Shown here in pieces: positions 1 through 7,754 of a stretch of 64,000 nucleotides of DNA. A program made the position numbers and the translations under genes. The notes under the pieces are model-generated. The model did no database searches and was not told the DNA's origin. It saw nothing but the letters and a program-made list of their open reading frames with translations. The first letter of the stretch is position 1, and every line of letters begins with the position of its first letter. The DNA is from a bacterium (lineage in GTDB: Bacteria > UBA8248): NCBI GenBank assembly GCA_965200245.1, contig CBDATS010000008.1, positions 320,001 to 384,000 on the forward strand, read 5' to 3'.

Positions 1-450
1 CGACGCTCTCGGGAAAGGAATGCCGTAGGCCTCGTACTCCTCCTGCATCCAGCCTGCGCCGAGGCCCAAATCCAGCCGCCCGCTACTGATGTGGTCCAGC
101 GTAGCACCCATCTTCGCGAGCACTGAGGGGATGCGGTAGGAATTGCTGAGAACGCTGGTCCCGATGCGAAGTTTCTTCGTGACTTGGGAGAGGGCACTGA
201 GCGCCGTCCAGGTTTCGAGCAGGGGAATGGAGCCGGAACCGACACCTCCCGACTCTCCCTCGGTGTCAAAGCCTGCGTCTTTCGCGTACGAACTCGGGTC
301 GAGCGTCAGGAAATGATCGCAAAGCCACACCGAATCGAAGTCCAGCTTCTCCGCCTCTTGGGCCACCAATTTCATGTCCTCGAAATTTCCGACAGCCAGC
401 CCCCGGATGGTCAGCGCCATGATCAAACCGAACTCGACACGGGAGTTCAT
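1..450 (-). CDS. LLM-class flavin/F420-dependent oxidoreductase, N-terminal part (runs off window)
   Basis: Not in the ORF track; manual translation from ATG 450 (GAGGAG RBS upstream) gives MNSRVEFGLI...AEKLDFDSVWLCDHF...LETWTALSALSQVTKKLRIGTSVLSNSYRIPSVLAKMGATLDHISSGRLDLGLGAGW, the classic luciferase-like monooxygenase motifs. Confidence 0.9.
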   Translation of the reverse strand, partial: MNSRVEFGLIMALTIRGLAVGNFEDMKLVAQEAEKLDFDSVWLCDHFLTLDPSSYAKDAGFDTEGESGGVGSGSIPLLETWTALSALSQVTKKLRIGTSVLSNSYRIPSVLAKMGATLDHISSGRLDLGLGAGWMQEEYEAYGIPFPRAS

Positions 451-487
451 CCCAAAATCCTCCTCGTTTTCATTCATGAATAGAAAG

Positions 488-1189
488 TCAAACGGCCAGA
501 TAGCGCGATTTCAATTCCTCATCTTCCTCTAGTCCAGCCACCGTACCGTCGAAACGAACCCTTCCATTATCGATGATGTAAACCCTGTCGGATAACCGGC
601 ATGCGAAGCGGGCGTTTTGTTCCACCAGCAGAACGGCGATTCCCTCATCCTGGAGAGTACCGATCATCTCACCCAGGTCCCTCACGATGGCGGGTGCGAG
701 GCCTTCGGAGGGTTCGTCGAGCAATACGAGTTTCGGCGCCCCCATCAAGGCGCGTCCGATGGCCAGCATCTGCTGCTCTCCACCGCTCAGTTGGTTTCCC
801 TTGTGTGTCCTCAATTGCCTGAGTTTCGGAAAAAGACCATATATGCGCTCCAAAGTCCAATCGCTCGCCCGCTCAAGCTTGAAAGCGCCGATTTCGAGAT
901 TCTCCTCCACGCTCAGGCGAGAGAAAATTCTCCTGTCTTCGGGAACGAAACCCACGCCCTTTCTGGCCATCTCATGGGGTATTGGGCGCTGCATCTCCTC
1001 GCCCAGCCAGCGCACGCTGCCCTCTCGCGGGGGCGTCAGCCCCATGATGGAGCGTAGCGTGGTTGTCTTTCCCGCGCCATTTCTGCCGAGCAGACTCACC
1101 ACCTCGCCTTCGGCGATGGCTAAATCCACGTCGAACAAGATGTGGCTGTCCCCGTAAAACGTATTGATTTTCTCAACGGAGAGAATCAA
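488..1189 (-). CDS. livF: Branched-chain amino acid-type ABC ATPase (LivF-like)
   Basis: Walker A GRNGAGKTT, signature LSGGEQQM, LLDEPSEGLAP. Confidence 0.92.
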   Translation of the reverse strand: MILSVEKINTFYGDSHILFDVDLAIAEGEVVSLLGRNGAGKTTTLRSIMGLTPPREGSVRWLGEEMQRPIPHEMARKGVGFVPEDRRIFSRLSVEENLEIGAFKLERASDWTLERIYGLFPKLRQLRTHKGNQLSGGEQQMLAIGRALMGAPKLVLLDEPSEGLAPAIVRDLGEMIGTLQDEGIAVLLVEQNARFACRLSDRVYIIDNGRVRFDGTVAGLEEDEELKSRYLAV

Positions 1190-1938
1190 AATTCTTCCCC
1201 CAGGTAGGCGAGGCGTACCAGGTCGTTCCTGCGAATTTCATCGGGCGTTCCCTCGGCGATAATGCTCCCCTGATGCAGAACGGATATGCGATCAGCGATC
1301 GAGAAAACCACGCTCATGTCGTGCTCGGTGAAGACGACCGTCTTGTCGTGGGATATCTTCTTGATGAGAGCGATCGTACTCGATGTCTCCTCGATCGACA
1401 TGCCGGCCGTCGGTTCATCGAGCAGGATCAGCCGTGGCTCAAGCGCGAGCGTAATCCCGAGTTCGAGGTTTCTCCGCTCCCCGTGGCCGAGTTCCGTGGT
1501 CGGGTGATGCGCCTTGTGTGCGAGTTCTACCTCGCCCAGTATCCCGAGCGCTTCATCTTGTTCCTGGATGTGTTTCCCGATGGGGGAGAACAGGTCCAGC
1601 GTCTTGCCCCGTCTCGCCAAAACAGCGATGCGGACATTGTCCAGAACCGAAAGTCTGGGAAATATGTTGGTTATCTGAAAGGAACGGCCCACGCCTTTCT
1701 TCACCACCGCGTGTGGAGGATAGCCGGTAATGTCTTCTCCCTCGAAGAAAACGCCGCCCGAAGTCGGTTCGAGTTTTCCCGAAATCAGGTTGAAAAAGGT
1801 GGTTTTGCCCGCACCGTTGGGTCCGATGACGGCGCACAACAATCCTTGCGGAACCTGAAAGTCCACCTCGTTAACCGCCAGAAGCGAACCGAACTGTTTG
1901 CTGAGACTTCGCGTCTCAAGAACGGGTGCTGTCGCCAT
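1186..1938 (-). CDS. livG: Branched-chain amino acid-type ABC ATPase (LivG-like)
   Basis: GPNGAGKTT, RSFQITNIF, LLDEPTAGM, EHDM; start moved to ATG 1938 (MATAPV). Confidence 0.92.
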   Translation of the reverse strand: MATAPVLETRSLSKQFGSLLAVNEVDFQVPQGLLCAVIGPNGAGKTTFFNLISGKLEPTSGGVFFEGEDITGYPPHAVVKKGVGRSFQITNIFPRLSVLDNVRIAVLARRGKTLDLFSPIGKHIQEQDEALGILGEVELAHKAHHPTTELGHGERRNLELGITLALEPRLILLDEPTAGMSIEETSSTIALIKKISHDKTVVFTEHDMSVVFSIADRISVLHQGSIIAEGTPDEIRRNDLVRLAYLGEEF

Positions 1939-2944
1939 GGTCTTCACCTGTCGATAATCTGGAGGTCCATCCCTCGAAGAACCCCAGGATACCACCGGGA
2001 AGGAACAGGACAAGGAGCACCAGAATGCTGCCGACGACGATTCGCCAGTACTCCATAAAATTCAAGACCGTGTCCCGGATGAAAAGGAGGAGTCCTGCAC
2101 CAAAGGCCGGCCCCAGAAAGGAATACATGCCGCCCAGGATCGTCATCAGAACGATCTCGCCCGACTGGGTCCAGTAGAGCAAATCGGGCGAAATATACCC
2201 CTGAAAAGTCGAGTAGAGGCCGCCCGCGAACCCGCCGAAGGTTCCTGCGATGATGAAGGCGTACAGCTTGTACCTGTGCACGGGCAGACCGATGAACTCC
2301 ACGCGTTCGGGATTTTCTCGAATGGCCTGCAACACCCTGCCGAAAGGGGAATTCACGAATTTCCACGCGAGGAAGATCAGAGTCAACACGATAATCAGCA
2401 CAAAGTAATAAAAATTCGTGAACGATTCCAGGGAGATGGTAAAGACGCCCGGAATCCCGATATCGGGTTTCGGGATGCCGAGCATCCCGTCGTCCCCGCC
2501 GGTGACGTCACGCCAGTAGTAGGCGACGGTGTAGATCACCTGTGAGAACGCGAGCGTCAACATGGCAAAATAAAGACCGGCCAAGCGCACACAGAATACG
2601 CCCATGAACCAGGCGAGAAGCGCGCACGATGCGCCCGCCACTATCAATCCGGCCCACATGGAGGGATAGACGTTCTTCGTCAGCAGGGCGAAGGCGTAGG
2701 CACCCACGCCCAAATACACTGCATGACCCAGGGAGACTAGGCCGGTGAAGCCGATCAGAAAATTCAGGCTGATGGCGAGCAGGCTCGCTATGAGGATTTC
2801 CGTGCAAAGCTGGATGTAATAATCACCCTGCGCCAGAAAAGGCACGAGTACAGCCAGGGCGAAAAGGGTCATGACGCCGGATCTCTTGGGAATGCGCCTG
2901 ATGAGGTGTCTTGAGAAAGAATTTCCGCTTGCTGAACTTCTCAT
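1916..2944 (-). CDS. livM: Branched-chain amino acid-type ABC permease (LivM-like)
   Basis: GLVSLGHA, GLYFAMLTLAF, TGGDDG, SPFGRVLQAIRENP; multi-TM. Confidence 0.9.
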   Translation of the reverse strand: MRSSASGNSFSRHLIRRIPKRSGVMTLFALAVLVPFLAQGDYYIQLCTEILIASLLAISLNFLIGFTGLVSLGHAVYLGVGAYAFALLTKNVYPSMWAGLIVAGASCALLAWFMGVFCVRLAGLYFAMLTLAFSQVIYTVAYYWRDVTGGDDGMLGIPKPDIGIPGVFTISLESFTNFYYFVLIIVLTLIFLAWKFVNSPFGRVLQAIRENPERVEFIGLPVHRYKLYAFIIAGTFGGFAGGLYSTFQGYISPDLLYWTQSGEIVLMTILGGMYSFLGPAFGAGLLLFIRDTVLNFMEYWRIVVGSILVLLVLFLPGGILGFFEGWTSRLSTGEDHGDSTRS

Positions 2945-2959
2945 GAATCTTCAACGTCC

Positions 2960-3841
2960 TTATATTGTTGTCTCGCCGAACAGGCCGCGTGGTCTCAGAA
3001 TCAAAATAGGCAGCACGAGGGCGTAGATGAAGATCATCGCAAAATTCTCAAGTATCTCGATACCGAACGCCTTGAGCATTCCGATGAGCACCGCGCCCAC
3101 GAACGCGCCCAGATAGCTCCCCATACCGCCCACGATTACGACGATGAACGACTCGATGATGATTTCCACCCCCATGCCGGGCTCCACGCTTCTCATGGGC
3201 GCGGCCAGAATGCCGCCGAGACTCGCGAGCCATGCCCCCAGGGCGAATACACCCGTGAACACCCGGTTCACGTTCACCCCCAAGGCATCGAGCATCTCGC
3301 TGTCCGTAGCGGCGGCGCGGACGAGTTTCCCAAAATTTGTCCGGTGGAGAACGAACCAAAGGAAAACGCCCAGCAAAGGCCCCACCGCGATGATAAAGAG
3401 AAAATATACGGGATAACTGAAATCCCCGATTGAGATTCGCCCCTCGAAAAGCGCGGGGATGGGAACGGACTTGTAATCCCGACCCCAAATCAGCAGAACC
3501 AGATCGTCGAGAATGAGCGTGAAACCATAGGTCAAGAGCAGGGTGTAGAGTCTTTCCCGGCCATAGAGAGGACGCAGGCAAAACGCTTCGATGATGGTCC
3601 CGAACCCCGCCACCACGAGAGGTGCCAGAAGCAGACCCACCCAGAACCAGCTTGGATTTTGGATGATGGAACTTGAGAAAATGAGAAAAGCGCCCAGCAT
3701 GTAGAACGAGCCATGGGCCAGGTTCAACACGCCCAACACGCCCAGGAGAATCGTCAGGCCCGATGCGATCAGGAAAAGAACCATCGCATTGGCCAACCCG
3801 TTCAGAAACTGGGTAAACCAAAAACTGATGTCCAATTCCAT
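2960..3841 (-). CDS. livH: Branched-chain amino acid-type ABC permease (LivH-like)
   Basis: GLTILLGVLGVLNLAHGSFYMLGA, VIVGGMGS, RPRGLFG. Confidence 0.9.
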   Translation of the reverse strand: MELDISFWFTQFLNGLANAMVLFLIASGLTILLGVLGVLNLAHGSFYMLGAFLIFSSSIIQNPSWFWVGLLLAPLVVAGFGTIIEAFCLRPLYGRERLYTLLLTYGFTLILDDLVLLIWGRDYKSVPIPALFEGRISIGDFSYPVYFLFIIAVGPLLGVFLWFVLHRTNFGKLVRAAATDSEMLDALGVNVNRVFTGVFALGAWLASLGGILAAPMRSVEPGMGVEIIIESFIVVIVGGMGSYLGAFVGAVLIGMLKAFGIEILENFAMIFIYALVLPILILRPRGLFGETTI

Positions 3842-3868
3842 GCGAGGGGGCCCCCTGAGAGGTGAAGC

Positions 3869-3894
3869 GACGCCCCGTGGTTTCTCGGGGCGTC
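3869..3894 (-). terminator. Stem-loop between binding-protein and permease genes (mRNA stabiliser or partial terminator)
   Basis: GACGCCCCG (3869-3877) pairs with CGGGGCGTC (3886-3894). Confidence 0.55.
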
Positions 3895-3914
3895 AACGGC
3901 TCCACGCTTGATGA

Positions 3915-5135
3915 CTATTTCCGGCAGCCTTGGCCCGTGTTCTCGTCGGGATGAGAACCCTCGACAGGAGATATTACCTGGATGTTCGAGAGAACCGGGA
4001 AAGGATATTCCTTGTTTTTCGAGATGACGCCCCAGAAGCTCGACTGCCAGCCCTGGTGGTCGGAGGGACGCATGATGATCCAACCCTCGGGAGCGTTGAA
4101 GGCGACACCGCCCATCGCGTCTATCGCCTTCTCCTTGTTCACGGTGCCCGCGCGGCGGATGGATTCCGCAATCACATGGACAGTCGAATATGCTTCACCG
4201 GCCGTCATGTCAGGATATACGTTGTACGCCTTGCGGAAGCTGTCCACGAAACGCTTGTTGTTCGCGGAAACCGGATAGTTGTGCAGATAGCGCGAACTTG
4301 CCCAGTGACCGTATGGTGCCTGATCGCCCAGCGCCTTGAGAACTACGTGGTTGCCGCCGAAATCGGTGAAAATCTTCACCTTCTCGTACATCCCGAATGA
4401 GCGGGCCTGCTTCATGAACTTGATGAGGTCCGCGCCGAACAGGCCTACGTAGATGGCGTCGGGCTCCGCTTTGAGCATCTTGTTAATGTAGGCGGAATAA
4501 TCATTCTCGCCCAGTTTTGGCCAGGCCGCGTAGGGGCGCTGCGCCTTGGGGTCGCGTTCTTTCAGATAGTTCCAGAACTGCCGGATGACGGAGCGGCCGT
4601 ATGAGAAATCAGACGAAATAGTCGCCCATTTCTTATAACCCAGACGATGGGCGATGACGGCACCCGCTCGCGAGGTCTGCTGCGCGCTGCTTCCTACGCG
4701 CCAGGTGTAACGGCTACAGAATTTCGTGTTGATCTCCTCGGTCGCCGCCCAGGGGAAATTCATTGTCTTGAGTTTCTTCGATTCCTGCAAGACGGCAATG
4801 GCCGCTCCCCCGTGCAAAGGCCCCAAGAGGGCGAAAACCTTGTCACGCAGAATCAGGCGCCGCGCCGTTCGCACCGAACTCGCTGGGTTGGTCTCCGAAT
4901 CCCGGATCAGTGCCTCGAACTTGTGGCCCAAAACACCGCCTGAGTCGTTGATTTCCTTGACGGCGAGGTTGATGCCCTGACTCGTTCTTTTCCCGACGAT
5001 GGAATACAGGCCCGTCAACGGAGAGAGAACGCCTATCTTGATCGTTTTCGCCGCAAACGAGGTGTTAGGACCCGATGCAGCAAGCGCCAGTGCCATCACT
5101 GTGGTGATGAGCGCCTTTTTCCGGAAACTGGACAT
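3915..5135 (-). CDS. ABC substrate-binding protein, LivK/type I PBP family
   Basis: Signal peptide MSSFRKKALITTVMALALAA, IKIGVLSPLTG, AVKEINDSGGVLG; start set at ATG 5135. Confidence 0.88.
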   Translation of the reverse strand: MSSFRKKALITTVMALALAASGPNTSFAAKTIKIGVLSPLTGLYSIVGKRTSQGINLAVKEINDSGGVLGHKFEALIRDSETNPASSVRTARRLILRDKVFALLGPLHGGAAIAVLQESKKLKTMNFPWAATEEINTKFCSRYTWRVGSSAQQTSRAGAVIAHRLGYKKWATISSDFSYGRSVIRQFWNYLKERDPKAQRPYAAWPKLGENDYSAYINKMLKAEPDAIYVGLFGADLIKFMKQARSFGMYEKVKIFTDFGGNHVVLKALGDQAPYGHWASSRYLHNYPVSANNKRFVDSFRKAYNVYPDMTAGEAYSTVHVIAESIRRAGTVNKEKAIDAMGGVAFNAPEGWIIMRPSDHQGWQSSFWGVISKNKEYPFPVLSNIQVISPVEGSHPDENTGQGCRK

Positions 5136-5394
5136 GAGAAATCCCCCTGGAAGATGGAAAGATGCAGATCCGCACTGCCGGAATCGAATCCATTGCGGAT
5201 CCGACACCTGGAGCAAGTGTATATTCGAGTTCAGCATAGGAAGCAGGTTAGATAAGCCTCGATTCGGAGTCAAGGCCGCCTTTTTCGCGCCAAAAGTCCG
5301 CATTGTACTCATGGCGGGGGAATCGGCACGGCTTGATTTTCCGTATCCCGTGAACAGGCGACAACGCTCGGTTCCTTCTGGAGGACGCTCCGGC

Positions 5395-6492
5395 TCAGGA
5401 ATATCCCGGCTCATCCTCAGAAGTCGCGTAGAAGCGGAAGTAGGCGAGGGCAGCATATGCTTTCGCCTCGATGTGGTCGTCTTGAATCGTCAGCTTGACG
5501 TGGTTGATTCCCTTGTAGAGGATGGACATGCCTTTTTCCTCGAAAATCCTCTCGACCGCCGGGAAGTCGCGCAGACCTTCGCCCTTCTCAGGCAAACACC
5601 ATCGCATCTGTTCTAGGTAGTCCAACACGGAACTCCAGGCGTTGCGCCCCGACGTCAACCAGTAATTGAGGTTCGAGGGTTGTCTCGGCCTGTACATATC
5701 GAGTCCCAGGCGCGGCCCTACGCCGTCTGCACCGACATCGGACGACAGGCGGAAGATCGGTGTCAGATGGTGCATCTCTTCTATGATGTCCATCACCTTC
5801 TGGGTGGGGCCGTCCCATTTCAGGCGCTTCAGGAAAGCGGGTACGTTGCGCTGCTTCAGGTCATCGATGACGAGTCGAATATAGCGCGGTTCGCGCTCGG
5901 CCACGGCACCTATCTGGTCCACCACGCCGCTACGGGGCAGGGCGGCGAAGACGCGCTCCACGGCGATTCGCTCCTTCTCGTTCTCGTTCCAGCCGACGGC
6001 GCTCGCGACGGCGGCGGCCAGATTGTCGGGGGTTCGCTCGCGTGCAGTTTGTTCGTCGAGTTCAGTTTGCGGCTTGAGTGCCAGAAACACACCAGGGGCC
6101 AGGTGCCGTCCCGGAGGGACTTTCACGATGTCATATCCGAGCATCGACGCACGAAACCAGCCTGCCAGAGAGGGTTCAGAAGGGGGTCCCATCCCTTTTA
6201 TTCGGGAATAGGCCCGGCTCAGGGCCACCTCGGAAGCGTTGGCTCCCGTTTCCTCGCCACGGCGGATGAAATACTCCATGGAGGAACGCCCTGGCTCAAG
6301 CGAGACGAAATAATCGGCCGCAGGTTCAGGTTCGTTCAGCCGGAACTCGAATGCCGCGTAGTTCAAAGTCAGCCAACTGGGCAGGTCGCCGACGCGCTCC
6401 AGCAGGCACCCCCACCACGGGTCGTCCAGCAAGGTGGGGGGAATGAAGCGACGCAGCCTTGGGAAAGCATCTCCGAAACTCTCAGACATCAT
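5395..6492 (-). CDS. Uncharacterised NHLP-associated enzyme, putative ABBA-like peptide/aromatic prenyltransferase
   Basis: About 365 aa, soluble, directly downstream of NHLP precursors; motifs FEFRL..PEPAADY, QIGAVAER..IRL, DVGADGVGPRLGL, WCLPEK, INHVKL...EAKAY recall bacterial prenyltransferase-like proteins; function inferred. Confidence 0.55.
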   Translation of the reverse strand: MMSESFGDAFPRLRRFIPPTLLDDPWWGCLLERVGDLPSWLTLNYAAFEFRLNEPEPAADYFVSLEPGRSSMEYFIRRGEETGANASEVALSRAYSRIKGMGPPSEPSLAGWFRASMLGYDIVKVPPGRHLAPGVFLALKPQTELDEQTARERTPDNLAAAVASAVGWNENEKERIAVERVFAALPRSGVVDQIGAVAEREPRYIRLVIDDLKQRNVPAFLKRLKWDGPTQKVMDIIEEMHHLTPIFRLSSDVGADGVGPRLGLDMYRPRQPSNLNYWLTSGRNAWSSVLDYLEQMRWCLPEKGEGLRDFPAVERIFEEKGMSILYKGINHVKLTIQDDHIEAKAYAALAYFRFYATSEDEPGYS

Positions 6493-6697
6493 CGAACCCT
6501 GTTTCTTTGTCGGTAGGATACACGGTATTCGAGGCGGTGATGAGCGAACATTGCTATCGGATCTCCCTTCCACGAAGGACCGAAAATACGCTCAAACCCG
6601 CATGCCAAGAGTCCGAACAAAGTCCCTTTCGTGGATTTTGGCAGACCGAACGGGCAGACAGTTAAACTGTTTTGTTTGATATAGCCTATCGAGAGTT

Positions 6698-6976
6698 TTA
6701 GCTCAAGCTGTTCCATGCGTTGATGAAATTCGCATATGCCTGTGTGCCAGCCGCGACGGCGCTCAACTCCGCCTCGCTCAACTCGGAAGGTGGCAAGACG
6801 AGGTTGAAACTCATGATGCCGTCTTGATGCACACTGATTTGGAACTCCTCGGGAATGGCAACTCCCAACTCCCGCTCCATAGCGGCCTTTGGGTCAGCTA
6901 TTAGCTCGGTGCGGAACGCTTCGTTCTCACTGGCTTTTTTTGCGATTATCTCGCGAACTTCGTCTCCGGTTTTCAT
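6698..6976 (-). CDS. NHLP (nitrile hydratase-like leader peptide) RiPP precursor
   Basis: 92 aa; leader KASENEAFRTELIADPKAAMERELG...LVLPPSELSEAELSAVAAG, then 15-aa core TQAYANFINAWNSLS; GGAGA RBS upstream. Confidence 0.9.
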   Translation of the reverse strand: MKTGDEVREIIAKKASENEAFRTELIADPKAAMERELGVAIPEEFQISVHQDGIMSFNLVLPPSELSEAELSAVAAGTQAYANFINAWNSLS

Positions 6977-7347
6977 TGTCTTGAAATCTCCAGATAGCAT
7001 TCGACCGGAAAGGATACTTGAGTCTTCCTTCCTGATTCAGGCAAAGTATAAAATATTGGCGGTTCGGGTTCAACCATATTCCATGCGTTAACGGAATTCG
7101 CAAATGCCTGCGTGCCAGCCAAGTTGGTCCTCAACTTCGCCTCGCTCAACTCGGCCCGCGTCAATACGAAATTGATGATCAAGGTACCGTCTTGATGCAC
7201 GCTGAACTGGAGCACCTCGGGAATGGCAATTCCCAACTCGCGCTGCATGGCGACCTTGGGGTACACCTGCAATGCGGCGCGGAACGTCTCATTTGAGACG
7301 ACCTTGCGAACGATTTCTTCCCACACTCCTTCCAAAGTTTTCACCAC
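6973..7347 (-). CDS. Second, diverged NHLP precursor (possibly decaying)
   Basis: Paralog of 6698-6976 (AMQRELGIAIPE, SVHQDG, ELSEA..AG|TQAFANSVNAWN) with substitutions at conserved leader positions and a long C-terminal tail. Confidence 0.7.
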   Translation of the reverse strand: MVKTLEGVWEEIVRKVVSNETFRAALQVYPKVAMQRELGIAIPEVLQFSVHQDGTLIINFVLTRAELSEAKLRTNLAGTQAFANSVNAWNMVEPEPPIFYTLPESGRKTQVSFPVECYLEISRQ

Positions 7348-7754
7348 CTCGGGTCCTCATCGTGTGAGCGCCCCAGGGCACCGCCGGGTACTTCGACCTG
7401 CTATGCCAGGTTCCCCTCGCGCGGAGACCTGTGACATAAAACCTTTTCTGCCCTGTACGAGCAAAAATAAGAACAACTCAGTAAAGTATATGCGTAGCGT
7501 TCGCTTCGTCAACAAAAATACGACATTCAGCGGTTACAAAATAAAACGAAATAGTAAAACACTTGTCCTGAAGCACCATGGGTTAGCTTGGAAAAACCGT
7601 GCAGGATACGTGATTTCGGCCCTGGGATGGCTGTCAAGGGCTTTTTTCTTGAGCAGGCCCGATAGCCTGTGAGAAACTTGCGCTCTGATTCAGGGTTATC
7701 AAACGTGAGTTCCACGCCAGCGAAGACCCGTTATCCGACAGGAAAGGAAGCGCG

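Noticed and set aside
184-483. 99-aa plus-strand ORF
   Set aside because: Antisense shadow of the LLM oxidoreductase on the minus strand
5136-5456. N-terminal 107 aa of ORF 3915-5456
   Set aside because: Overlaps the upstream gene; the signal peptide and RBS place the real start at 5135
7350-7750. AT-rich stretch as possible riboswitch (purine-type, upstream of NCS2) or foreign insert
   Set aside because: No recognisable aptamer consensus by eye; consistent with a divergent promoter region. An Rfam scan would settle it
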